Source: Blastocatellia bacterium
Lineage (GTDB): Bacteria > Acidobacteriota > Blastocatellia > UBA7656
NCBI GenBank assembly: GCA_963765495.1
Contig: CAVXWP010000009.1
Coordinates: 768,001-832,000, forward strand
Length of the DNA stretch: 64,000 nucleotides
Reading direction: 5' to 3'
The notes under the pieces are model-generated. The model saw only the letters and a list, made by a program, of their open reading frames with translations. It was not told the DNA's origin and did not search any database. The first letter of the stretch is position 1. The number at the start of each line of letters is the position of its first letter. Both the position numbers and the translations under genes were made by a program. Below, piece by piece: positions 30,405-40,636 of the stretch.

Positions 30405-33290
30405 ATTTGGGTTGCCCATCAAGACAAACGGAGCCCAGTAGTAAGGATGCCCATACATGTCTTTGAGGGCAAGTTGCGCCGCCCTGAGCGCCGCTCGTTT
30501 CGTAGCGCCTTCGCGCAAATGCCCGTACATCTCTTGCATAAATTCGGCCGTAGCCGTGTCGTTTGCCGCCCACAGGCTTGCGACAAGCGAAGGCGCTCCC
30601 GCATAGAGGAAGCCCCGCACGAGCCCGTGAAGCTCATCACCCGGAAAGACCATGTTTACTCCCGTGTGGCAGGCCGAAAGCGTGACCATCTCGGCCTTTA
30701 ATTCAAGCTCTAACAGACTGTAAAAATTCAGAGGCGAATCGGCGAGCTTCAGAAATGAAAACATGGGATTGTCCCGCCTGAAATATCCGTGCGAAGCCAG
30801 ATGAAGAAAACGCGCTCGCGGCGCGTGCTTCATGAGGTTGTCGCGTGTGGCATCGTCTCCGACAAGAGTCACAGCGCCGGGGAAGATTTTTCTGAGGGCC
30901 GAGACTTCAGCCTCTATGCTGGGCGTTTCCGGGTGCGCTACGCCAAGAGCCACCATATCGCATTTGAGATTCGAGATTTGAGATTCGAGATTTGAGCTTG
31001 CCCGAGCATCCGCGCTGATCTGATTGCCCCGGTCGCGGCAGAGCTTTAGCACGGTTGCGCTTGGCGCGTATGAAATTTCAAAGCGGTCAATCAGAAAACC
31101 GCGCCGGTCGAGCAGCGCGTGAAACGGCACATAATGCAGCGCCCCGTGCGGGATGATAATCAAGCGGTCGCCTTCTATGTAGGGTTCGAGCGGCGCAAAG
31201 ACCGCCTCAGATAACCGTATCAGATGCTGGTTGGTTGCGTGGTTGAGATGTTCGAAATGCTCGTCGGCAAACTCCGACCCGTAATTGAATTTCTCAAGCT
31301 GAAACCTGAGCCCGGCAAGCATCTTTTCCACCTCGCCCTTTGAGGCTACCTCACGCACTACCCTGATGCAGTCGCGGCCTACGATAAAGGCTGAGACTAC
31401 ATTTCCCGTTGTGAAGTATTCGATAGCCGTCTCGTCGGCTTCAAGCGAGCTTCGCAAATCCGATACGGAAGCCGCCTGCATGCGCTGCATCTCGGCAAAC
31501 TGAGAGCCGTCGGCCTCCATGCGGCGGAATAGCTCGGCTATACGGCGTTCGCAGTGCTCGACCTGGCGAGCATATCGCCCCGCAACGTGTGCCCTGCGCT
31601 GATTGCCCTTTTCATCTTCGAGTCTCGCCTGAGAGCTATACCAGTTCAAGTTTTCAATCAACGTGAGCAATCGCGTCCGTGCCTCGTCTTCGACAGGTCG
31701 GCGAGCGGTGGATTGCGGGTCGCGCAAGTATCTGGCGAGCAGGTCGGCGAGCGCCCGAGATTTCGACGATTCGACCAGACGGAATGCCTCTTCGACAAGC
31801 GGTTCCGTGCTTTGATCGAGGCACGCGCCGATAGCGTCTTCATACACCCCGATCTTATCGCGCAGGAAAGTAGCCTTGAATTCATCAGCGGCGATTCCGC
31901 CTCGCATCTGCTCTACGGTTCGAACCGCGATTTGAAATCTTTCGAGAGCCGCACGTATCTGCCCCCGGTCCCTCTCTATCTTTCCGATCAGATGGTGACA
32001 TTGATATGTGACCGAGGGGACGAGTTGCGCTGTCGCTCGGCCAAGCGCGGCGCGGGCCTTGCGAGCCGCTTTTTTACTGTCGCCCGCGAGGTATGCCGCC
32101 CGCGCCCCAAGCAACCTGGAGTAGGCGGCTCGGCCCGGGAGTTTCTGCCGCGAAAAGACTCTGAGCGCCGCGCCCGCCCGCGCGGCTGCCTCTGTGTGGT
32201 CGCCTCGCCGCAGAGAAAGCTCCGACAGATAAGTGTCTACTGTGGCGGCGAATGTGTTGTTGCGGTTGGCGGCAAACACCTCTCTTGCGCTTTCGAGAAA
32301 TAGGCCGGCCTGATCCAACTGTGCCAGCCCCATTGCCGCGAGCGCCCGCACGACGAGGGCCTGCGCGGATTCGTAAGGCGTGCCGATCTGGCTAAATTGA
32401 TCGTGCGCGAGCGCGGCGTGTTCGCTCGCGTCGTCGAATGAATTGAGCGCAAGCAGAATCTCGGCTATTTCGAGATTGCACCACGCCACAAGCCACTGGC
32501 TTCCGAACCCTGCTAGTTGCTCTCGCACGTTATAGTACCCGGCGAGCGCAGCGTTGTAATTTCCTCTGAGGAATTGAAGATAAGCGATCTTGGAGCGAGC
32601 CTGCGCCGCAAGCAGCGTCTGTCCCGCGTCTTCAAGTACAGAGGCGGCCTGCTCAAGCAAAGCCATTGCCTCAAGCGGGCGATCCATCTCAGCAAATATA
32701 TTTGAGCGATTGCCGTCAACGAGCGCGCACATGGTCGCCTCGTCTTTCGATTCCAGAATTTCGCGGGCCGTGTCGTAATGCGCGAGCGCCTTCTTATACC
32801 TGTCGAGCCGGTAATAGATATTGCCTACGTGGGTTTCAAGCTGGGCGAGATGGACCGGTTCGTTTTTCGCAAGCGCGCGTCTTGCCGTTCGGGCAAGGCG
32901 CAATGCGTCCTTGTAGCGGCCCATCTGTGTAAGGGCATCCACCTGCTGTTTTTGAAATATAGCCGCCTGCGTCCGAAGCCTTGCCGCAAGGAGTGCATCC
33001 ACCGCGCTTTCGAAAAGATTGTTTGCTTCGGTGTGGCGACCCGACAGGTGAAGCACGCGAGCGCGTCCGGCTCTGGCAAAGGCGGTCGAGACCGGATTGT
33101 TTTCTACTGCCGCGAGCTGATTTATGCGGTCGGCGAGGCGGGAGGCTGCGGCGAGGTCGCGGCCCGCAAGATGATCCACTTCCGATTTGAGGGCAGCAAA
33201 CACCTCTCGGCCGGCGCTCGGGCCATGCTCGCGCATAAACGCCTTCAAGTCCTCGGCGTTCATCAGCCTGTTGACGAGTTCGCTACTCAA
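30402..33290 (-). CDS. TPR-CHAT caspase-like protease
   Basis: Long TPR array; ESSKSRAL; IIPHGALHYVPFHAL; catalytic His (LHLASHG) and Cys (TLSACHTG); HPYYWAPF. Confidence 0.93.
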   Translation of the reverse strand: MSSELVNRLMNAEDLKAFMREHGPSAGREVFAALKSEVDHLAGRDLAAASRLADRINQLAAVENNPVSTAFARAGRARVLHLSGRHTEANNLFESAVDALLAARLRTQAAIFQKQQVDALTQMGRYKDALRLARTARRALAKNEPVHLAQLETHVGNIYYRLDRYKKALAHYDTAREILESKDEATMCALVDGNRSNIFAEMDRPLEAMALLEQAASVLEDAGQTLLAAQARSKIAYLQFLRGNYNAALAGYYNVREQLAGFGSQWLVAWCNLEIAEILLALNSFDDASEHAALAHDQFSQIGTPYESAQALVVRALAAMGLAQLDQAGLFLESAREVFAANRNNTFAATVDTYLSELSLRRGDHTEAAARAGAALRVFSRQKLPGRAAYSRLLGARAAYLAGDSKKAARKARAALGRATAQLVPSVTYQCHHLIGKIERDRGQIRAALERFQIAVRTVEQMRGGIAADEFKATFLRDKIGVYEDAIGACLDQSTEPLVEEAFRLVESSKSRALADLLARYLRDPQSTARRPVEDEARTRLLTLIENLNWYSSQARLEDEKGNQRRAHVAGRYARQVEHCERRIAELFRRMEADGSQFAEMQRMQAASVSDLRSSLEADETAIEYFTTGNVVSAFIVGRDCIRVVREVASKGEVEKMLAGLRFQLEKFNYGSEFADEHFEHLNHATNQHLIRLSEAVFAPLEPYIEGDRLIIIPHGALHYVPFHALLDRRGFLIDRFEISYAPSATVLKLCRDRGNQISADARASSNLESQISNLKCDMVALGVAHPETPSIEAEVSALRKIFPGAVTLVGDDATRDNLMKHAPRARFLHLASHGYFRRDNPMFSFLKLADSPLNFYSLLELELKAEMVTLSACHTGVNMVFPGDELHGLVRGFLYAGAPSLVASLWAANDTATAEFMQEMYGHLREGATKRAALRAAQLALKDMYGHPYYWAPFVLMGNPN

Positions 33291-33498
33291 GCTTTGGCTC
33301 GACTTTCGTCGAAGTGTTCAGGGCAAAATTGCAAGCCCCGGTAGAGCGGATTTGCAAGGACATAAATTCAAGTCCTCCCCCGGTTGTCGCGCCTGCGTCT
33401 CCCCAGCGCCGCGCCACATCTGAAAGTCCGCTCATCCGGGGCCTGTCTCCGGTTATTCACCGTCTCCGCCCGTGCGCTCAGGCGGGCCGAAAAAGCGA

Positions 33499-34116
33499 TC
33501 AACCTATCGGCAGATTCTCAATCATCACCGACGTTTCGCGGGTCTCTATTTGCAGGTCATAGCTGCCGCTTTCAATCGAAGAGAAGGCGAACTCTCCGAG
33601 ATCGTTTGTAAAGGTCGAGCGAATCCCTTCTTCACTTCCTGAAAGAGCGATTTCAAGCCCGGCGACGGATTCGAATTTGAACTCGCCTTCCTTGAGTATC
33701 TGCCCGCTCAATTCGGCCGTCTGTTGCCCCGTAGAGACTATCTGTAAATCAATGCTGAAGCTGCCCGCTCGAAATAGCATTTGATGGTCGGCGGATGCGG
33801 TCAATCGCACTCCCGAAAGGGCCGACCCTGCGAGACTGTCGAATATGAGCGAAGCCACTATGCGGCTGACGCGCTCGGTGAAGCGCGAAGGTCGGCTCGC
33901 GGTCTCAAATAATTTAACGGCGCGTTTCAAGACCCAGGGCGGCGGCTCAATGCTATCGTCGCTTGCGGCGATCACACTGACGCGCTCGTACCAGTCGCGG
34001 TCTGCGGCGCATTGCGCACAGCCCGAAACCAGATGCGCCGCGACCGCTTCGGCCAAAGCGCCGGACAGATGTCCGTCGAGGTAATCAATCAATTTTTCGA
34101 ATCCGGGGCAGTTCAT
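33499..34116 (-). CDS. zf-HC2 zinc-binding anti-sigma-like protein with C-terminal carboxypeptidase-regulatory-like domain
   Basis: MNC...LIDYLDG...AHLVSGCAQC; C-terminal LSGQI...TNDLGEFAFSSIESGSYDLQI; no TM helix apparent. Confidence 0.8.
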   Translation of the reverse strand: MNCPGFEKLIDYLDGHLSGALAEAVAAHLVSGCAQCAADRDWYERVSVIAASDDSIEPPPWVLKRAVKLFETASRPSRFTERVSRIVASLIFDSLAGSALSGVRLTASADHQMLFRAGSFSIDLQIVSTGQQTAELSGQILKEGEFKFESVAGLEIALSGSEEGIRSTFTNDLGEFAFSSIESGSYDLQIETRETSVMIENLPIG

Positions 34117-34261
34117 ATTCTTTCGCTCCTCTGCTGCCGAAGCCCTCTATCTGACCGCTGTAATAGATTGTTTGTTCTAAGTGTGACCGCGCAGTTCAGG
34201 TAATAGAGGGCCGGGAATACGGAAAAATACATGCGACGGCAAATTTTTATCCCGTGGGTTC

Positions 34262-34358
34262 CGTGATGCGATCACATGATTCGTGATTCGTGACTATACA
34301 GGTAGATCGCAGGTTCAAGAAAACTTGCAAGCCTGCTAAATCACGCATCACGCATCAC
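34262..34358. repeat. Degenerate CGTGAT-heptamer hairpin
   Basis: TGATTCGTGATTCGTGACT ... AATCACGCATCACGCATCAC immediately after the sigma gene stop. Confidence 0.75.
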
Positions 34359-34360
34359 TT

Positions 34361-34978
34361 TCAAATTTTTCCATCGAGCGATTTCTTCAGCTTTTCAAGA
34401 CACCTTGCCCGCGTCGGTCCCACAGAGGCTACGGGCATACGCATGCGGCGGGCTATATCGCCGTAGCTCAGGTTATCTTTCTCGTAAAAGAGCATCGTGA
34501 TGAGTCTGCGGCATCGGTCGGGCAAGGCCGTGATCGCCTGACGGATGATCTGTTGTTGTTCGATCTCTTCGCGCTGCTCGTCGGCCAGAGGCGCATCCGA
34601 AGCCAGTTCGCTCAACCGATCCCGTGGTTGATCCGGGTCGTGTCGCGAGGGCTGGCCCTCGCGCCGCCATCGGGCCGCCACGCGCCAGCATTCCCGCGTA
34701 GCCGTAGTCATCAGCCATGAACTTATCTTCTCGTGTTTGCGCAGAGTCGGGAGCCTTTCTATCATCACAAGACAGACGGATTGAAACACATCCGCCGCGT
34801 CAACGGTCGAAAACCCCATCTTTATCGGGATCGAATAGATCAATCGCTGATACCGAAATATCAGAGCCTCCCACGCCGCCGAATCGCGCTCAAGACATGC
34901 CGCAACGATTTCGGAGTCGCTCAACTGGGCGAAATCAACACTGCTCTCCGGTTTGACCTGATTGCTCATACCATTCAT
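34361..34978 (-). CDS. ECF sigma-70 family factor
   Basis: AWEALIFRYQRLIYSI, DAADVFQ, WLMTTATR, LSYGDIARRMRMPVASVGPTRARCLEKL. Start uncertain (34969 or 34978). Confidence 0.9.
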   Translation of the reverse strand: MNGMSNQVKPESSVDFAQLSDSEIVAACLERDSAAWEALIFRYQRLIYSIPIKMGFSTVDAADVFQSVCLVMIERLPTLRKHEKISSWLMTTATRECWRVAARWRREGQPSRHDPDQPRDRLSELASDAPLADEQREEIEQQQIIRQAITALPDRCRRLITMLFYEKDNLSYGDIARRMRMPVASVGPTRARCLEKLKKSLDGKI

Positions 34979-35202
34979 TTGCGCCGGGTTTGGGAGAGGG
35001 CGGCAAGAGGGCGAACTTTGCTTATCAAAGTGCCCCGTCGTTTTTGTAACACACCGATTCTGAGTTCGCAAGAATGTTGAATCTTCGCCGCCGGGATTCC
35101 CACGCTTCTTGATTCGCGCGCTTCTTGATTCGCGCGCTTCTTTGTTCAAATTCATTTCTGCCGGGCTCTTGCGGTATTATCTCGATATAAGGTTTAGAGG
35201 CT

Positions 35203-35865
35203 ATGTATATTCCCCGCGTCAAGATATGTTGCATAAGCAGTAAAGCCGAAGCCGAAATGGCGATTCGTTACGGCGCTTCGGCGCTCGGTCTGGTATCAAG
35301 CATGCCAAGCGGGCCGGGAGTGATTTCAGAATCGCTCATCGCAGAGATCGCCCGGGATCTGCCTCCGGCAATAAGCACATTTCTGCTCACAAGCCGTCAG
35401 GATGTCGCTTCGATCATCTCTCAGCAGAAAGAGTGCTGCGTCAACACGATTCAAATTTGCGACCGGCTCGAATCGGGCACCTATGACGAACTTCGCGCTG
35501 CGATGCCCGGCATTTCGATAGTTCAGGTCATTCACGTATCGGGGGAAGATTCTCTGGCCCAAGCTCTTCGGGTAGCGCCGCAGGTAAATGCTTTATTGCT
35601 TGACTCGGGAAATCAATCGCTTGCGGTAAAAGAGCTTGGAGGCACAGGCCGCACGCACGATTGGACCGTCAGCCGCCGCATTCGAGAAGCCGTCCGCGTG
35701 CCCGTGTTTCTGGCCGGAGGACTGCGGCCCGATAATGTGGCAGAGGCGCTTGCCCTCGTGCGCCCCTACGGGGTCGATATATGCTCGGGCGTGCGGACCG
35801 ACGGCAGATTGGATGAATCAAAACTCGCCCATTTCTTCGAACAGGTGCGAAGCGTCCGGCAATAA
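35203..35865 (+). CDS. trpF: Phosphoribosylanthranilate isomerase
   Basis: RVKICCI, LLLDSG, GGTGRTHDW, FLAGGLRPDNV, GVDICSGV. Confidence 0.9.
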   Translation: MYIPRVKICCISSKAEAEMAIRYGASALGLVSSMPSGPGVISESLIAEIARDLPPAISTFLLTSRQDVASIISQQKECCVNTIQICDRLESGTYDELRAAMPGISIVQVIHVSGEDSLAQALRVAPQVNALLLDSGNQSLAVKELGGTGRTHDWTVSRRIREAVRVPVFLAGGLRPDNVAEALALVRPYGVDICSGVRTDGRLDESKLAHFFEQVRSVRQ

Positions 35866-36101
35866 TCCCCTGATTTCTTTACGAAAAGCCTTGCGTCTTT
35901 GCGCGTAACAATCTCTTGCAATGACGCAAAGTACGCAATGAATTTCCCGAAAAAATTAGTTACTCTGGAATTATTTCGCAAACGCTTTGCCCCTGCTTCA
36001 ATCTGTTTGCTCTGATTGCAGCTTTGTGGTATTTGTTCCTGAGTACCGAGGTGCAGCAAGCTGTAACAGCCGTAAAATCAAACACCCGAAGATGACTCTA
36101 T

Positions 36102-36836
36102 ATGAATGATGGATGGAAGTGGCCCGGAGACGCGCTCGCGGCAATCAGCTTCACTTATGACGACGGCGTAGACAGCGCGCTCGATTCAGCCATGCCCGAT
36201 CTTGAAAAGGCGGGCTTTCGCGGCTCTTTTTATCTGCCTGTCGGTAATCCCGATGTGCCGAGACGCAAAGGCGATTGGAGAGACGCTTTTCTCAGAGGCC
36301 ACGAAATAGGCAGCCACACCGTAAGACACCCTTGCAGAGGCCCCGAGCACGAATACAACCTCTCGACCTATACGCCTCTTCGGATTCGCAACGAGATTCT
36401 TTCGGCCTCGACGTGGCTCAATCGCCACATAGGCAGCGACCCTTTCAGAACATTTGCCTACCCTTGCGGTCAAACGGCAATAGGCGACCCGCCCGATGAA
36501 GCCTCTTATACGGCGGCCGTTCGGGCATCGCATTTTGCGGCGCGAATGGCTCGCGGAGGCATCAATAACCCGGCAGTCGTATCCAGAAACCTCTTGAGGA
36601 TCGCCTCAAGCGCCATAGATTATCCTCACGCGCGTGAGCTTTCGCCCTTTATTCGATACTGTGAGCAAGCGGCAGATTCGAGAGGCTGGGGCGTGCTTCT
36701 GTTTCACGGCATTGGAGATGACTGGCTGCCTACCGAGCGGGACGTGCATCAGGGTATTATCGACTATCTCGCCGATGGGCGATTCTGGGTCGCCCCGGTC
36801 AGAGAGGTGGCAAGGTATATTGTCGAAGTTATGTGA
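36102..36836 (+). CDS. Polysaccharide deacetylase family protein
   Basis: SFTYDDG, HEIGSHTVRH, FAYPCG, LLFHG. Confidence 0.88.
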   Translation: MNDGWKWPGDALAAISFTYDDGVDSALDSAMPDLEKAGFRGSFYLPVGNPDVPRRKGDWRDAFLRGHEIGSHTVRHPCRGPEHEYNLSTYTPLRIRNEILSASTWLNRHIGSDPFRTFAYPCGQTAIGDPPDEASYTAAVRASHFAARMARGGINNPAVVSRNLLRIASSAIDYPHARELSPFIRYCEQAADSRGWGVLLFHGIGDDWLPTERDVHQGIIDYLADGRFWVAPVREVARYIVEVM

Positions 36837-36908
36837 AATGTTAGTCGTCCGAGAAAACTATTCTCGCGGCCTATTTCAACGCACCTTTGTTTCAAATCAA
36901 CCTTTGAT

Positions 36909-37052
36909 CAGCAATTCTCGGTTTAGAAATTCTGTCTTAACAAGAAGTGAACCACGAAATACACGAAGCACACGAAATAGAAGAATTATTCGTGTATTTA
37001 GTGTGTTTCGTGGTATATCCCGGTGCGATTTCCTCTAAACCGAGAATTGCTG
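36909..37052. mobile_element. 144-bp MITE with 19-bp perfect terminal inverted repeats and 9-bp target-site duplication
   Basis: TIR CAGCAATTCTCGGTTTAGA (36909-36927) / TCTAAACCGAGAATTGCTG (37034-37052); ACCTTTGAT at 36900-36908 and 37053-37061; internal hairpin of CACGAANNA nonamers. Confidence 0.88.
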
Positions 37053-37237
37053 ACCTTTGATATTGTTTTCGCATATCCTCCTGTAGGTCAAAGACTGAAT
37101 GGCTTTGTCTGAGCCAAAAAAGAGTTGCAGTTCTTGTATTTCAATTTGCAGAAGCGGCCTCCTGTGATAGGCTGTGTGCCCGTTGAGTATTCAGGGAAAC
37201 GGGTCTCAAGGGGCTTTATTAATCAGAGGATACTGAT

Positions 37238-38548
37238 TTGGCAACTCAGGAAATCTACACCAGTGATGTCGCTCGCCGCGCGCGACATCGCATCATGCGG
37301 CGCACGCTTCCTTATCTGTTTTTTCTCTATATCATCGCCTATCTTGACCGGGTAAACGTCGGGTATGCCACGCTTGAGATGAATACGGCGCTTGGCTTTT
37401 CGCCGGAGGTCTACGGGTTTGGCGCGGGCATATTCTTTGTTGGTTACTTCCTGCTCGAAATCCCCGGAACCATAATCGTCGAGCGATGGAGCGCGCGCAA
37501 ATGGATCGCCCGCATTATGATCTCGTGGGGGATACTGGCCGTACTCATGGGGTTCATACGGACCGAGACGGAGTTTTACTGGGCGCGTTTTTTACTTGGC
37601 GCGGCAGAGGCGGGGTTTTTCCCCGGCATCATCGTATATCTGAATCACTGGTTCCGTTATGAAGACAGAGCGAAGGCGGTGGCTCTGTTTATGGCGGCCA
37701 TCCCGGTTTCCTCGATCATCGGTTCGCCCATCTCCGGCGTGTTGCTTTCGGTAAACTGGCTTGGGCTGGCCGGGTGGCGATGGCTGTTCATACTCGAAGG
37801 AACGCCCGCAATAATATTCGGAGTAGTCACCATATTTTACCTGACCGACTGGCCGCATCAGGCTCGATGGCTCCCCGATGATGAGCGCGAGTGGCTTACA
37901 TCGGAGCTTGAACGCGAAAGACAATCAAAACATCTGACGCATTCCTACAGCATCTGGAAGGCGATGAGACAGCCGGAAGTCATAATACTCGCGCTGGCTT
38001 ATTTCTTTATCGTGACCGCCGTTTACGGCTTCGGTTTCTGGCTGCCTACCATCCTGAAGCGGCTTTCCGGGGAAACGAACCTGATGGTGACGATCATCGC
38101 CGCGCTTCCTTATCTGGTCGGATTCGTAGCCATCCTTCTGATAGGCTGGTCTTCGGACAGAACCCGCGAACGCCGCTGGCACACGGCCCTGCCTATGATT
38201 ATCGCGGGAGCGGGCCTTTTGCTGAGCGCCCTCACTCAGGGAAACACCGCGCTGGCCCTTGCTATGTTTTGCCTCGCCGCCGTGGGGCTGTACGGATACC
38301 TGCCCGGATTCTGGGCCTTGCCTACAAGCTTTCTGTCTGGGGCCGCCGCTGCGGCTGCCGTCGGGCTGATAAATTCGGTAGGAAACCTCGGAGGATTCGT
38401 AGGCCCCTTCATCGTTGGATACCTGACCGAGATGACGAAATCCTTCTTTGGCGGAATACTCTACCTGTCTGTGTCCGCCCTCGTCGCGGCGGGCCTGATC
38501 CTTGCCCTCAAAAAGAGAGGCCGGGGGCTCGAGGCAAGCGACCAGTAA
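37238..38548 (+). CDS. MFS transporter (ACS family, TtuB-like)
   Basis: YLDRVNVG, LLEIPG, RFLLGAAEAGFFPG, GLINSVGNLGGF. Confidence 0.92.
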   Translation: MATQEIYTSDVARRARHRIMRRTLPYLFFLYIIAYLDRVNVGYATLEMNTALGFSPEVYGFGAGIFFVGYFLLEIPGTIIVERWSARKWIARIMISWGILAVLMGFIRTETEFYWARFLLGAAEAGFFPGIIVYLNHWFRYEDRAKAVALFMAAIPVSSIIGSPISGVLLSVNWLGLAGWRWLFILEGTPAIIFGVVTIFYLTDWPHQARWLPDDEREWLTSELERERQSKHLTHSYSIWKAMRQPEVIILALAYFFIVTAVYGFGFWLPTILKRLSGETNLMVTIIAALPYLVGFVAILLIGWSSDRTRERRWHTALPMIIAGAGLLLSALTQGNTALALAMFCLAAVGLYGYLPGFWALPTSFLSGAAAAAAVGLINSVGNLGGFVGPFIVGYLTEMTKSFFGGILYLSVSALVAAGLILALKKRGRGLEASDQ

Positions 38549-38649
38549 CCGCCTCTTTGGAATAAATCAGATTGACAAGTTCGTTTGCAAACAGCGTTCT
38601 TTGCTAAAGGCAGTAGCTGTGATAAAAAATCTCTGGACGGGTTGATTAT

Positions 38650-39330
<681 letters not shown>

Positions 39331-39391
39331 CCTGTGGGAATCCCGCCGCTCAGGTTGATGAATTCTTCGCTTCAAGTTAGGCTCAAATAGT

Positions 39392-40528
39392 ATGAAGATA
39401 ACCATCATTGGAGGCGGACCTTCGGGCCTTTACTTCGCCGTCTTAATGAAAAAGCTCGACCCGGCTCACGAGATTACCCTGATAGAAAGAGACGGACCCA
39501 ACGACACATTCGGCTGGGGAATAGTCTTTTCCGATCAGACATTCTCTTATCTGGAAACGAGCGACCGCCAGTCGTTCGCCGAAATCATCAGAAGCTGCGA
39601 GACGTGGGATAACGTAGACGTGGTCCACCGCGACGAGCGAATCACGATTCGCGGCAACAGGTTTTCAGGCATCGCGCGACTGGCCTTTCTGCAAATCCTG
39701 CATCGTCGTTGCCGCGAACTTGGCATCGACCTGCGATTCAATACAAACGTCACCAGTGTTGAGGAACTGAGAGACGCGGATTTGCTTATCGGCGCAGACG
39801 GGGCAAACAGCCTTGTGCGGCGCACCTTTGAGGCGGCGTTTCAACCTACGCTTGAAACGGGAAAGAACAAATACATCTGGCTTGGAACGCACAGATTGTT
39901 TCACGGTCTGACGCTCACCTTCCGCGAATCTGAGGCGGGCCTGTTCATAGCTCATTCCTACAAGTTCGACAAGACAACCAGCACCTTCATAATCGAGTGC
40001 GGCGAAGATGTCTGGAAGAAGGCCGCGCTCGACGAGATGACGGATCAGGAGACCTGCCGTTATCTGGCCCGTGTCTTTGAGAAAGACCTTGAAGGGCACG
40101 CGTTGCTGTCGAACAACTTCGTCAGGTGGCTGAATTTTTTGCTGGTCAAAAATAAACGATGGCACCACAAAAACGTGGTCTTGCTTGGGGACGCGCTGCA
40201 CACGGCTCATTTTTCGATAGGTTCAGGCACAAAGCTGGCCCTGGAAGATTCCATCGCTCTGGCCCGATGCTTTGAAGCGAATTCGAGTGTTGAAGAGTCG
40301 CTCGCCCAGTTTGAGCGCACCAGAAAACCTGTCATTGACGAGTATCAGGAGGCAGCCATCTCAAGCCTTCTGGCATTCGAGAACGCCGAGGAAGATATGC
40401 ACCTCGACCCCATTCCTTTTGCTTATAAACTCATGACCAGAAGCAAGAAGATCAATTACGAAAAACTGAAGCGGAGAGACCCCGGCTTTATCGCCGCCTA
40501 CGATAAATGGGAGAGGGATGAGGGATGA
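39392..40528 (+). CDS. FAD-dependent monooxygenase (anthraniloyl-CoA monooxygenase/salicylyl-CoA hydroxylase N-terminal type)
   Basis: IIGGGPSGLY, DTFGWGIVFSD, GDALHTAHFSIGSGTKLALED. Confidence 0.88.
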   Translation: MKITIIGGGPSGLYFAVLMKKLDPAHEITLIERDGPNDTFGWGIVFSDQTFSYLETSDRQSFAEIIRSCETWDNVDVVHRDERITIRGNRFSGIARLAFLQILHRRCRELGIDLRFNTNVTSVEELRDADLLIGADGANSLVRRTFEAAFQPTLETGKNKYIWLGTHRLFHGLTLTFRESEAGLFIAHSYKFDKTTSTFIIECGEDVWKKAALDEMTDQETCRYLARVFEKDLEGHALLSNNFVRWLNFLLVKNKRWHHKNVVLLGDALHTAHFSIGSGTKLALEDSIALARCFEANSSVEESLAQFERTRKPVIDEYQEAAISSLLAFENAEEDMHLDPIPFAYKLMTRSKKINYEKLKRRDPGFIAAYDKWERDEG

Positions 40529-40629
40529 GGGATGAGGGATGAGGGATGAAAAGGACCGTAAAGATAGATTTGATGATAAAGGATACCGCATTAATCGGTG
40601 TGTCTCCTGACAATCCTTTTCATCCCTCA
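40515..40629. repeat. Second (GGGATGA)5-AAAGGAC hairpin element
   Basis: Same left arm as 1876-1917; short right arm TCCTTTTCATCCCTCA; supplies the monooxygenase stop codon. Confidence 0.88.
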
Positions 40630-40636
40630 AGCTGTT

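Noticed and set aside
35105-35142. 16-bp tandem duplication (CTTCTTGATTCGCGCG)
   Set aside because: Only two copies; consistent with simple slippage and no further support for function.
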